Assembly (NCBI GenBank): GCA_032718475.1
Contig: JAUCBJ010007374.1
Location: forward strand, 1 to 64,000
Length of the DNA stretch: 64,000 nucleotides
Reading direction: 5' to 3'
Source: Nemertoderma westbladi
Taxonomy: Eukaryota > Animalia > Xenacoelomorpha
How positions within the stretch are numbered: the stretch's first letter is position 1; each line of letters starts with the position of its first letter. The position numbers and the translations under genes are program-made. Below are positions 21,770 through 34,034 of this stretch, piece by piece. The notes below the pieces were generated by a model. It saw only the letters and a list, made by a program, of their open reading frames with translations. It had not been told where the DNA came from and ran no database searches.

Positions 21770-23990
21770 AAAATAATCCCTTAAGCGCATCTGTGGATTT
21801 CTCAACAACAGGAAATACTTTTCGGAATTCTCGTAACATTGCAGGAGTCTCAGTATCTGCTTGTTAGTATCATCATGTTCTTGGTAACTGATCTTCTCAA
21901 TTAGAAACTTATTAGGTAGCCGATAAGTGGGAAGGTCTTTGGTAGCATGGACCCTTTCAGCTACTTCCGAAGTGGCGTCATTAGCGATCTTCGTCCTAGA
22001 ATAGTGATGATGGAAACATCGCTTTAAATACACAATGGCTTTGCAAAGCCGATTCCAGGAGCTATAATGAGCCATCACTCTTTGGATGAGAGGAGAGAGT
22101 CCTTTTGAGACGTCCGGTGTTCCAGATTTCCAATCTCTTTCCCTTATTTCTATGACAGATTTATTCGGGGTTCGAGTAACGTCTATGGATTTTGGTTGAT
22201 TAGGATCCACAGTGGCATCACGGACAGTGTGTAGCACAGACAGATCTATCGCTGACTTAAACAGCTTTGATTTATACGTCCGGGTTTACGGTTTGAACTT
22301 TTCCGCTCCATTGGCTTGTCTGATCTCCGCCGTGGTGAGATGAAGGGGCAATTCCTCCTCTTCTTTACTTAGGAAGTCTGGGCCACCTAACCAATCTGGA
22401 GTGTCTATCAGTTCTTGAGGAGTTGCTCCTCTGGAGGCGATATCGGCTGGATTAATCGTCCCAGGGAAATGTCTCCATTGATCTATATTAGTGCGACCGA
22501 GTATAATAGCTACTCGATGCTGAACTGACAGACTTAATCTAGTGGATATTCGATCTGTTCCATTACATTCCGACCTATGGCTGTAGCGTATAGTGCCGCT
22601 TTCAACTCCGCTCTGGGAACCTGCAGTTTGTTGTTTATTAGGGCCTTGGAGGTGGCTAATGAAACTTTAATTCCATCAGGAGTTTCAACACTAAGGTAGG
22701 CTACTATACCTATTCCGATATCGCTGGCGTCTCCAAAAACTTGGAGTTGATAGGAATACGTGGGGAGAATGTGACCAAAATACGAGTGGGAAATCTTAAA
22801 GTTCTCGATAGATGATAAAGAATCCTCCCACTTCATCCACTTCTTGAGCAGTTCTCCCTGGGGTGGATCATCCCAAGAGTGGTTTTCGAGCCACATTTGT
22901 TGTACCAGGCTCCGAGCAACTAGGATTACAGGACTAATGAATCCCAATGGGTCAAAGTAAATGCTCAGAATACTCAGGCAAATCCGTTTAGTTCGAACGG
23001 GATTTTCACGTTGTTTCAGTTGGAAAAATAAAATGTCTCTCTCCGTGTCCCATTTCAGTCCAAGGGTTTTAGTTTCGGGGAGATCGTCCTTAATGAGGTC
23101 AAGATCTTTAACACCTCTATCTTCCACTGGGATTGATTCCAGGAACTCACGGGAGATACTAGTGAATTTGGTTAGGTGATATCCACCTCATTGTAAGCAC
23201 TCTACCATTCCCTTGGTAACATCGATTGCTTCTTCCACCGATGGGAGGGACTTTAGGTTGTCATCCATATAAATATCCCGTTTGATGTTGTCGATAACCG
23301 CTTCAGAGAAGACGTCTCTATTATTGTCGGCAGTGGTGCGCACTACCGAACAAGCGTTCGAGGGGCTCGATATGATCCCGAAAGCCTGGATTGTCATCCA
23401 GTACTCCACCGGTTTTCGGTTGAGGTCTCCTTCAGGCCACCACAGAAATCGTAGGCTATCTCGATCCCTAGTTAACGCTTTTAACTTGTAGAAACATGCC
23501 TTCAATGTCGGAGGCGAAGGCGATAGAATATTGCCATAGTCGTAATAATATTCCCAACAAAGATTGGAGTAAGTTGGGTCCCGGCAACAGTTCTGAGTTT
23601 AGGGTTTGTCCCATATAAAGGGCGGAGCCGTCGAATACTACCTGGACTTTGTTTGGTTTACCGGGCTTAGGAACGTAATAATGTCAAGTAATACGTTCTT
23701 TCCGTTATGGATGTTTCCTCCGGCACTCGCTCCGCGTATCCTTTGTCGATGAATTTCTTTACTTATACATCTCTTTGGCTCAATCGTTAGATGATAAGCG
23801 CCGATGCAATTGTGTGATTCTCTTTTCAGCTAAAGGTCGGTTATTAATGAAGCTGGGTTCTCTTCGCCTAAAAGGCAGACCAATCTTGTAATGACCCTCC
23901 TCTTTTATATAGCGTGTAGTTGTCACCTGGATTTGTTTAGCTCTCTCTTCTTCGACTGATAACGCTTTGACGTAGGAATTAGGCTCTACA
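21770..23990 (-). pseudogene. BEL/Pao LTR retrotransposon pol (reverse transcriptase and RNase H), disrupted; integrase missing
   Basis: RDSLRFLWW, FGIISSP..A, YMDD, KTLGLKWD, FDPLGFISP, FGDAS..G, VPRAEL.AA, NPADIASRG motifs; several stops and frameshifts. Confidence 0.92.
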
Positions 23991-26901
23991 GAAGCAGGAC
24001 AATTCGGTCCCGGACAATTCGGTCCCAGACAATTCGGTCCCGGACAATTCGGTCCCATTAAGTTTGTGTTTTGGGACCGAATTGTCCGGGACCGAATTGT
24101 CCGGATACTGACTAGGACAATTCGGTCCCAAAACATACATATTAATGGGACCGAATTGTCCGGGACCGAATTGTCCGGGACCGAATTGTCCGGGACCGAA
24201 TTGTCCCGGACCGAATTGTCCGGGACCGAATTGTCCGGGACCGAATTGTCCGGGACCGAATTGTCCAGGACCGAATTGTCCGGGACCAAATTGTCCAGGA
24301 CCGAATTGTCCGGTTACTGATAGAAACTTTTTAGTGCTTTTTTTGATAATGGTGAATGTTATAGAAAATTAGTAGATATGTTTTTTTATGTTAGCTAGTG
24401 TTTTTTACTAGCTAGAATTTTTTGAAATTTAAAATTACTGTATTTTGTTTATTTTTGCTATTGGAAAGTGTTCAAGAATAGTATTATATATTATTTATTA
24501 CGGTGTAGCTAGTGGTTTTTTTTACTAGCTAGCATTTTCTTGAAACTATAAAAAAATTTGTGAAAACATTGATATTTCAGAATTAGGCTAAACTGTTGTA
24601 ATATATTAATTAGCAAAAATATTGATGATATTATAAAGTTTAAGCTGAACAGAACATCGTGTGGCGGTACAGTTTTTTTAATCTAAATTCAGCAAAGTGT
24701 CCCTGAATGAGTTCCAGCTATTATCTAGGATAATAAGGTTAAGACAATTGTTCTAATAGTGCGGTTTCTAATAAATTAATGCAGCAGTTGTATTGTAGTT
24801 GTTATAGCAATATAATATTCTGAAAACTATTTCATTTGAATATTTGTTATTTTCCAGAAATTTCAAATTTTTACAAATTGCTGGTTTCTTTTTATTTCAT
24901 TATTTACAACACGCTATCTTTAAACAGAATTCCCGTTTATTTATTACTGTTGGACACTTATTTTGAGTATTTTTACACGCAATAATGTCGCAACAGTTAC
25001 AGTGGTTGTCCACTGAAAAGTCTAAACCCCTTTTAGTCGTTGATGACTATAGCTATCGGTTTCATAAACCTTTGGCGGGTTATTTATCACGATTTATCTG
25101 CATCAAGCGACCATGCAATGCCACTGTTAGAGTACATGAATCCATCATTAGGGAGGTTAAGGGGTACGTTGGAACCCACAAATGTGGTCCACCTGATCTT
25201 GGCCTGGCCGCAGCCCATGCTATTAAGAGTGCCATACGGGAAAGTAGCATGTCTTCAAAGGGGATGTCAACCCACCAAATTATATATTCAGCTGTAGCGT
25301 TAGTCTCGAACGAAGCTGCTGCTCCGTTTCTCCCATCAGTTGATAATTTGAAAAGGAACATTCGCCGTTTGAAAGCTGGTAATGGAGACCACGAGCCCGC
25401 TCCCACGACTTCCGACTTTGATATTGCTGAGCGTTATCAGATTGCTTCCGATGGTTCCCCTTTTCTAAGATATGATAGTGTCTTAATTAATTGTGTTAAT
25501 GATGACACAGATGCACGCGTATTGATCTATGGTTCTGATGCAGGCCTTGATTTGTTAAATCCAGTGATCATTGGTTTGGCGATGGTGCCTTCTAGATCGC
25601 ACCAGGTTTTACCAAGTGTATACGATACAAGCGGGATGTGGTGACAGGGCTCTCCCTTGTGTCTATGCTGTTTTACCTGGTAAATCCCAAGTTGCGTATG
25701 GCTATCTGTTCAGTTTCCTAGCCGAACAAATAACTGGAGATCCGCCTTTGTCAATTACTATTGACTTTGAAGCTGCAGTCCGCAACAGCATTGATACATA
25801 TTTCCCTTCTACTGAGGTTTCTTTTTGTTATTTCCAATACGCAAAGAATGTGTACAAAAGAGCATGTAACTTGGGTTTAAAGGAGAATTATTCTGAAGGT
25901 GGCGCTGTCTGGCTAGGTGTACGAATGCTAATTTCATTAGCATTTCTTCCCGAAGATGACATTTGTCGTGGTTGTGACTTACTCCTCGATTCTGCTCTAT
26001 GTCCCTTAGTCAAGCCTGTAGGGTAGGCATCTACCTACGTTGAAGAAACCTATGTTGGTAAACGGCTTCGCCATGGTCGTAAACAGCCTCTGTTTATCAG
26101 AGACTGTTGGTCAGTGCACCATAGGGTCCTGGAAGGTTTGGCACGCACTAACAACTTGTCGGAGGCATACAATAAGAAGTTAATGGCGAATATACAAGAA
26201 GCCCACCCGACGATATGGAAATTCCTAGAAGCACTAAAGCGGGAGGAGGCACTAACACGAATGGAGATGAGACATTGTTCGTTGGGAGGTTCTCCACCAA
26301 AAAGGCGAAATACGTACATCAACCAAGATGCTCGTATTCTTAAAGCTGTTGAGAGCTACAACTCAGGTGACGATATCCTGAAATATTTGAAGGACATTTC
26401 CTATATAATGCAATTTTAATTGCAATAACTAGAATAGATTCTGCCTGCACAACGGCAAAGATTAACTTTATTAATATAACTCAAAGCAATTTAATAAATT
26501 CAATGTATTGTAGCTTTATTCTTCGATTTATTCATTAATATAAGCGAAATATGTAGCTAAATATTTGCAATTCAATTTTCCTAGTATTTTTTTTAGACCG
26601 AATTATGTTTGTTTCAAGAACTGGACAATTTGGTCCCGGACAATTCAGTCCCGGACAATTCGGTCCCGGACAATTCGGTCACGGACAATTCGGTCCCGGA
26701 CAATTCGGTCCCGGACAATTCGGTCCCGGACAATTCGGTCCTAGGACAATTCGGTCCTAGGACAATTCGGTCCCGGACAATTCGGTCCCATTTATTTGGT
26801 GTTTTGGGACCGAATTGTCCGGGACCGAATTGTCCGGGACCGAATTGTCCAGGACCGAATTGTCTGGACCGAATTGTCCGGGACCGAATTGTCCTACATC
26901 C
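23991..26901 (+). mobile_element. Mutator-like element (MULE) with termini built of 15-bp tandem repeats, inserted in BEL/Pao pol
   Basis: 9-bp TSD GGCTCTACA (23982-23990, 26902-26910); (GGACAATTCGGTCCC)n arrays in both orientations at both ends; transposase remnant inside. Confidence 0.92.
24985..26419 (+). pseudogene. FLYWCH + MULE DDE transposase, frameshifted
   Basis: LVVDDYSY...F.C....C.A...H.C (FLYWCH-like), W.GDG.F, ITIDFEAAV.N, RTNN.SEAYN, HPTIWKFLEALK.E; split across three frames. Confidence 0.88.
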
Positions 26902-26910
26902 GGCTCTACA

Positions 26911-28797
26911 GCTTCTTGAGTAAAGAAATGCACTGTGTGTTCATCACGTATCTTATCATTATATCACTCTACCACCTCATTGAGTTTGTCGTCCTATGTT
27001 GATATTCCTTTACTTTGACATATGAGATTACACAAATTTACTTGGTTTGTCCACGTTTGATTTTCTGTGAGGAGTTCAATGGTATTATCCTCGTCGTATA
27101 GTGTTTGTATATCGTCATTGTCTGAGGAGCATGACGTTTCCTCAGCTAGGATGTCCTCGTCTTTCATGGTTTCCTCACACTCCCTTACCTGGTGGACTTG
27201 CTTACCTTTCAACCTCTCTTGCAAAGTCCTGTGGGAAGGTCCCATGAATTACCAACCTACTCTCGTTCTTCCCGCATAAGTTTGCAATGGTAGCGGTCGA
27301 GCAGGCCGTTTCTCAATAGTTTCGAGCGCTTCGTGCGCGTTCTGACCGAGCAGTATCTGTACCCCTGGGTAATCTGTTCTGAATCTAGGAATGTTGTATT
27401 GCTGGGTAAAATGGTCTTCATCCCAGTTGTAAGACTCTACTTGGCTAGTAGCAAAGTTCTTTATTGCCACCCTTTTAACTGACCTTACACTGTTCTCGCC
27501 TAGTTCATCTTGTGGAGTGGACAACGATCCTATGTAGAAATCCGTGGATATAGTAGATTTCCAAACCTGCATAATCCTGGAAAGGTCCAGTTTGGTTCGG
27601 AACCTTTGTTGACCAGCAAAGATGTCTTCGGCCAGGTCTTTATCGATGAAGGTGCCTGTACTACCGGAATCAAGGAGGGCATTCACTATAAGGCTCTTAC
27701 CTTGTCCATGTACTCGAAGTTGCACCACTGGGAACTCTCTGATGCCGACAGATGGTGTCGAAACCTTCCATGAAAGCTGTCGATCCGGAATGGATAGTTG
27801 GGGTTCCTCTCCATCCGTCGCCGCCTCATAAGTAAGGGCTCGATATACGGCTGTGTTGATCATATAACAAGATTCATTTTCATCAGAAAACTCATCCGTA
27901 TAGAATCCTTCCATCTCCGAACTATGGTCAATGTCATTCACATCACTGAACTGTACGTGCAGTTCGGGTTCACTTACCTTGTCGAACTCGGTGTGCAGTA
28001 GGATATGATGTTTCGCTCCACACTTAGCACACCTCACGTCTGAGTAACAGGTTCTCCTTTGATGTCCTCTCCTGAGGCAATTATAACATAACCTTTTATC
28101 CCAAGTGACACTGCGTCTGTCCTTCAATTCTTTCTTCAAGAATTCCTCACACCCACTCAAGCGATGTGGCCCTTCGCACAATACGCACTTAGGTTTGATG
28201 TTACTTACCTTAGCTTGCATTGTAGTTTGTACGCTAGCTCTTTCTTCGGGCTTCCTACTAGGAATTATCTTGGGAGACGTAGGGGGATCTTTTAACTGTT
28301 CTCCCTTGCCACTAGTTCGCATCTTGGGTTTACTTATGTCCTTACCTTTACTTGTATAGTAAGATCTTTGGGTGTCTTTGCCACTATCTTCGTCATAAGA
28401 CATTTGACTCTCATAATCAGTATAACACACTGGTGTTACCTTTCTCCTAGTAACGGGTTTTTCACGTACCTTGGTTTCCGGAGTCTTCTCTCTAGACTGT
28501 TTTATTAGCTGTAATCTTACCTCTCCGTTTAAGAATGACATAAGGTCCGCCATGGTTGGATCTCTCTGTTGTTGGTCCATCAAGTAGAGAACCTTTTTGT
28601 TCCAGCGAGTACCTACTCCGCCCTTTGGCAAAGTTGATGCTATGGCTCCTACAACCATAGAACTCTGGTATTCATGAGACTTACCAAACCAGTCTAACTG
28701 TCTACAGATCTCCTGAATCTCATTGGAAAACTCTATAATCCCGCAGCTGCCAAGAAACTTTCTGGGCGCTACTAATTTCGCATACAGATATCTAGCT
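26911..28797 (-). pseudogene. BEL/Pao gag C-terminus with three Cys-His knuckles plus aspartic protease
   Basis: CVLCEGPHRLSGC, CYNCLRRGHQRRTC, CAKCGAKHHILLH, ALLDSGSTGTFI, ILLGQ, RTRVGW. Confidence 0.92.
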
Positions 28798-30827
28798 CAG
28801 GGGCGGATCCAAGGGGGGGGGGGGCACGGGGGGGGGCACATGCCCCCCCGGCAATTTTTGAACTATCACTGTAAGCACTAGCGTACCGAGGGTGGTGGCC
28901 ATGTGGCTATAGCCACCCCCTAGGAAAATGAGAAAGCATACTGAAAAACCCCTTCCATTTGAAGTGAATCCTTCCAGGGGGGGGGGGGGGGGGGGGGATT
29001 CAGTTGTGGCCTTCTGGCTGGCCACAAATGGGAAATACATTGCTCTCTTGTAAGGAGAAGTAATTCATTCGAGTCACAACTAATTATGTCATAGGGAGTA
29101 CAGGAGTCAGTGGGCTCTGTGCTATTTGATGTATATTAGCTTGGGGTGCCTTGTATTCCGACAGCGACAGACCACTAACAAAGTAAAGGTATACAATAGT
29201 ACAGTATGTGTAATGGGTCTTAGCTTAGGCCGCCCCAGCATGTAAAACCAATTATCTGCTGTGGAATGGAATTCCCCGAAATTTACTAAAAGTCTTCCCA
29301 AGAAATTAGACAACCAACTAACCCACACACAGGAGGCCGTGGCCTCCTGGCACTGGTGACTGGGCTGGCCTGGTCACAAGGAACTATGCAGGTAGTAATG
29401 TGTACAGTAGTCAGACAGGTTTAATGCCATGAGTAACCAGAAAATAGCTCGAAGACGATTGGTCAACAGGTCAATGGTGCTATACAGCTCTAATATAAAT
29501 TTAAGCCAATATATTATTATGCAAGGGTGCTGTATCATTACTACAGTAGTACTGTAGTATTCCCAATTGTGTGTGTAAATTATAAACTACAGTTTGCGTT
29601 CAAATATTTATTCAAACATTTTTTAAAATTACAATAGTAGTCTGAAAGTTTTATTGCACATATCTGCATTGCATGCTGTGGTACAGCACGGCTGATATCC
29701 ATCAAATCCAGCGAAGAAGAGGAAAGTAACTGATTTCTTTTTGCACCTGCATCTGAAATAGATATTGTTGAAGATGTGGAACTGAAGGTATTAATTCTAA
29801 TCGGAACACAATCAGGGAAGATATTCAGTATCGACCACCTCACCCAGCGCCACCCCCGGTAAGAGAAAGGGCTTCATCATTCCAGATATTGGGCTTGTCA
29901 AAACTTTGTCCTATCCGAGAAATTAGCCGTACTTGATACACCATGGGTATTTTTATTACGTTCACCCCCCCCCCCCCCCCCTCTCCTGCCCTATCTCGCT
30001 TTCTAATATTCCAATTTTTTGTAATACAGTATAAGCCTGCATGTGATTTATTGTCTTTATTGTTATTGTCTTTAGTGTTTAAATAGATTATAATAATAAA
30101 TATTCAATTGAAATAAGTGAAAACAATAATAATGTTCAAAGATATACTATCATTTTTCTCCTGAGCCACTAGTTGTACCACCATCTGCTTCTCCTGATCC
30201 GACCGAAACAGGAAACTTAGCCACCTCTAGTGATATCCCCTCTTACATTGATAGCACCAGCACCCATGACAACGACTATGATAAATACTGTATAATGCTA
30301 TGTGCAGAATTTACGACCAAACCAGTAACTTCCAGTACCCGAAGTAAAAATATGGGAGTGTCCTCGTGTCCAACATTCATTACGTCACCAGTAGTGGCTC
30401 TCACTGTGCACTGTACAACGGTCTGAGTTACTCCTGCTGTACTCAAGGATTATTGATGCTGCCTTCTGTCGCTATTGTGTGTTCTTCACACTGGACCAGA
30501 TAGGGGGGAAGGGAATCTGGACGCAATAAAAATTCATCTCTCTCCATGGGAAATTGGACACTGATTAGGCCTACTTCAAAAATAAAACTGTAACCTGTTA
30601 TATTGTGTTTAGTTTATTGTTTTGGTTAAAATAACGCACCAATATAACCTGCTCCTTACCCTAAATTAAGAATTTAACATTGAGGCGGAATATTAATTCA
30701 CCAAGGCGGATTTCGCGTCCAGTCCCCCCCCCCCCCTTTCTCCACTGGATAAGTCAACTTATGGAGCATATTTTTGGAATTTTGCACGCCCCTGATTTAT
30801 GCCCCCCCGGCTAGGTGACCTCTGGAT
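28798..30827 (+). mobile_element. Internally deleted hAT (ZMYM1/TTF-type) transposon inserted in BEL/Pao gag
   Basis: Left end CAGGGGCGGATCCA followed by G-tracts; ZnF-TTF remnant LLYSRIIDAAFCRYCVFF at ~30434-30487; right end eroded (CTGGAT); gag frame resumes on the other side. Confidence 0.65.
30497..30741. mobile_element. G/C-tract MITE, copy 1
   Basis: GGGG..CTGGACGC...GCGTCCAGTCCCC ends; near-TSD CACTGGAC/CACTGGAT; homologous to 46484-46750. Confidence 0.7.
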
Positions 30828-30835
30828 ATGTTAGC

Positions 30836-32405
30836 TATGTTAGTCCTATTACCATACCTGATGTTAAGTGTATCCCAAACTTGTCTCAATCCATCCGGAT
30901 GTCCAATAAACTTTAACGCCATTAACTTGGGGGCCTGGGGGGTCCTTCTAAGCACTCGATGAGGAATCGTAGTTTCTCTCCGCTGGATAGTACAGAGTTT
31001 TGTATGTTATCTTTGTAATATTCATTAAAAGGTAACCATTTCATCTCATCTCCATTAAACTTGGCGACCTCTCCCACTTTTACAGCTTGACGGGCTTCCG
31101 TCCTAGCCATCTGACGTGTGAAACTTTCTTGAGCCATCGTACTATTTAATATCAAATTATCAGTATATAAATTTCTCAGATTATTATCAGATCGGTATGG
31201 GATATCATTATCGACAGGTTTATTACTACTATTAACAGGGTTTACTATAGGAGTTTCTACTTCACTAGCAGTATAGATGTGTGTAGGCTCCACACCTTGC
31301 GCATGAGATACTTCAGACCTAACGGGCTGACACACTGTTACAGGGAGTGGTTGTATACCCATTTGTATATTAACTAATTTATCACGTTCGAGAGCGATAT
31401 GTTGCTGTACTTATTGCAACTCTATTTTACTATCTCGTACTGTTCCCTTTAACAATTGAACAGTCTCTTCCAAGTCTCGGACTTGTTTTGAGGAGCGAGC
31501 CTTGGTTTTTTCCAATTGCCCGAGCAGCTCCTCCATCTCTTACCGCCCCTCCTCCATCCACTCAACCATGGGTGCGGGAGCTGCTAACATTGTAGCTGGA
31601 TGGCACATCGGGGCGACAGGGGATAGTCCCTTTATTAGATTCTGCTCGGTGTCAATACCAGTCTGATATTCTGGCATTTGTCTACTGGACAAGGGAAGGG
31701 GGGCTCTCTTCTACGTCCGTTTGAATGGGATTTGTTACCTTTACGCTCGGAATCACTAATCAGTAGTAGTACCTTCATCTGAGGAGGTAAAACCATGTCT
31801 TCTGGGAGTAGATCGACTCAGTAGTTGCATCTGAGTACGGTAGCTGTCCTTTGTTTACTTAAGTAATCTTGTCTCACCTGAATGCTCTCTAACTCTAATT
31901 GTACCTTTGCTTCATCTGCCCTCCTTTCAGCTTCTACTGTGGCAGCTTTACGTTCTACTTCTGCCACCGCCACCGTCGCCGCAGCCACTGCTGCTTTTCT
32001 ATCAACTTCCGCCGCTGCCACTGCTGCCTTTCGATCAACTTCCGCCGCTGCCACTGCTGCCTTCTGATCAACTTCTGCCGCCTCAGCTTTTAATTCGGCC
32101 TCAGTGGTTGCAGCTCTTTTCCTGTCTTCTATTAATCCTTTCTTTAATTGTTCCTCTTTGTCCATCTCAATGAGAATGCTTTTATCAAATTTAGCCTGCT
32201 CCGCCGCTAACATCTCTGCATCTAAGGAGTCCAAAATGAATTTGGATGCTTCACTATTGGGGTGAAGTCCGGCTAGACGTCTCATTAGCTCTTTTTTACC
32301 TATGAATTGTTGATAATCCGACAGATAGGGCCTAGATGTCAATAGCATCCTTCTTCGGAGGTTTTCCAGATACCGCCTCGCTTTCCCCATGGGAGAAGAT
32401 CGCAT
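30836..32405 (-). pseudogene. BEL/Pao gag N-terminal part (coiled coil with AEVDRKAAVAA repeats; DUF1759-like region)
   Basis: KFNGDEMKWLPF...EKLRFLIECLEGP motif; same strand and collinear with downstream gag-pol; frameshifted. Confidence 0.8.
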
Positions 32406-32409
32406 CTGT

Positions 32410-33250
32410 TGATTCTCCGTAGGCTAGTTGTTCCAATAACTGAGTCTTCCATTGGGTTGTTCCCTGGACTTTAACATTCACTCATTGGAACCAAGTCTTC
32501 ACCGCCACCTGCAGTGATGTATCTTGACTTCTCTTTGAGGCTTCTTCAAAAGCTGAAAGGATTAATCTGATCCTCAATATCCGTTCTCTCACTTGGTATA
32601 GCAGTTCTCCCTGCTCTTGAGGTTCCAGTTGTCTTTGGAATAACTGTGCTTCTATTCGTCCCAAGGAGTTGAAGAATCCCTGGATCATCGCTGTCCCAAT
32701 CATACATAGGGGCTTGGCTTTCCGCAAAATTCTTTATAGCGACCATCTTGATATTATCCAGCTTGCCTACATTATCAGTGTCTCCTGGATCGGACAGTGA
32801 GACCTTATAATAACGGGTTTGGATAACCGATTGCCAGATTTGCATTACGCCGGAAAGATTTAGTTTCATAGGATGTCCATCGTTCTCATCAAATAGTTTG
32901 TCTGCAAGATCTTGGTCGATAAAAGATCCCGAACTTCCGGTATCCAACAAAGCGTTTACTATAATGCTGTGGTTGTTATAATGTAGTCGAACTTGTAGAA
33001 TGGGGAATTCGCGAACACCAGTCGATTTTGGGTTTGAAGTTCGCTGGGATATTTGATCATCTTGATCGTCTGTTCTGGAGTACTTGGCAACTCATAAGTG
33101 ATGATGGCTTTGTATACCATTACATGGTTGCAACTCTCATCATCGGTTGTAAATTCATCTGGATCAAATTCTTGTTTGGAACATCCTGAAGAATGGTAAG
33201 ATGACTGATCAGTGAACTGAACTTTCGCTTCCATCTGTGGAACCATGTCT
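32410..33250 (-). pseudogene. Protease-region fragment of a second, diverged BEL/Pao copy
   Basis: LLDTGSSGSFIDQDLA..., VAIKNFA.SQ...Y.WD and DEF....ESC parallel the 27249-28000 region. Confidence 0.8.
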
Positions 33251-33269
33251 TTCTAATGCAATCTGCCAT

Positions 33270-34030
33270 TCCAGCGTAACGGTCGTGACATTCCGCATGG
33301 GTTTCCGGTATTAATGAGTATTCTAAGGGCACATGGAAGAATGATATTGAAAAGATATTACTATGATATGATCCTAAGATTGGACCTTTAATAAAATCGA
33401 AACCGCACTGGAATACATTACGTTTTATTGAATGTATTCCAGTTTAATGTTGGTGTAACGGTCGTGACTGAAATGGACAAGCTTTTTTTTTAGAGACTCC
33501 TACACATTATAAATTTCTATCAAATTTACTGTACTTATTTAGCGTTACTTATGTCAGACTACAGTACCATGTTAATAGATAGAGTTTAAAATGAAATTAA
33601 CAGTATGGCAATATAGTATCATTACAGCATTAGAGAATGTGGCAATCAATTAACCAGCGTAACGGTCGTGACATAGTTTCGTAACGGTTATCGATTTTCA
33701 CATAAATCTGAATTTCAAAAAATGGTAAGGTATTATTAGAGTTAGGTATTGATATCGATTTCAGGCAGGTTTTCTTGTACGCTGATTTTAATGGAAGGCT
33801 TTTTACATTCCGCAATTGAAAACATCTACCATTTTAAGTATTTTTCAAATTAGTGAAAACAACTAGAATTGTAGGAATGGTGTTTATTTCAATTACATAC
33901 AGGTTTTCTGGTACGCTGATATCAATGGAAGGCTTTTTAAATTCCGCAGTTGAACACATCTACAATTTTTTGGCGCTAAAATGAAAAGTGCAAGTAAACA
34001 GCATTTTTCAAATTAATGAAAACAAAAGTG
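33270..34030. mobile_element. DNA-transposon terminal region with repeated CGTAACGGTCGTGAC motifs
   Basis: Motif at ~33275, ~33455 and ~33657, plus a ~130-bp duplicated block at 33765-34020. Confidence 0.4.
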
Positions 34031-34034
34031 TTTT

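Noticed and set aside
24066-24372. GPNCP / GTELS / VPDNS repeat proteins (also 26609-27002)
   Set aside because: Translations of the 15-bp MULE terminal repeats.
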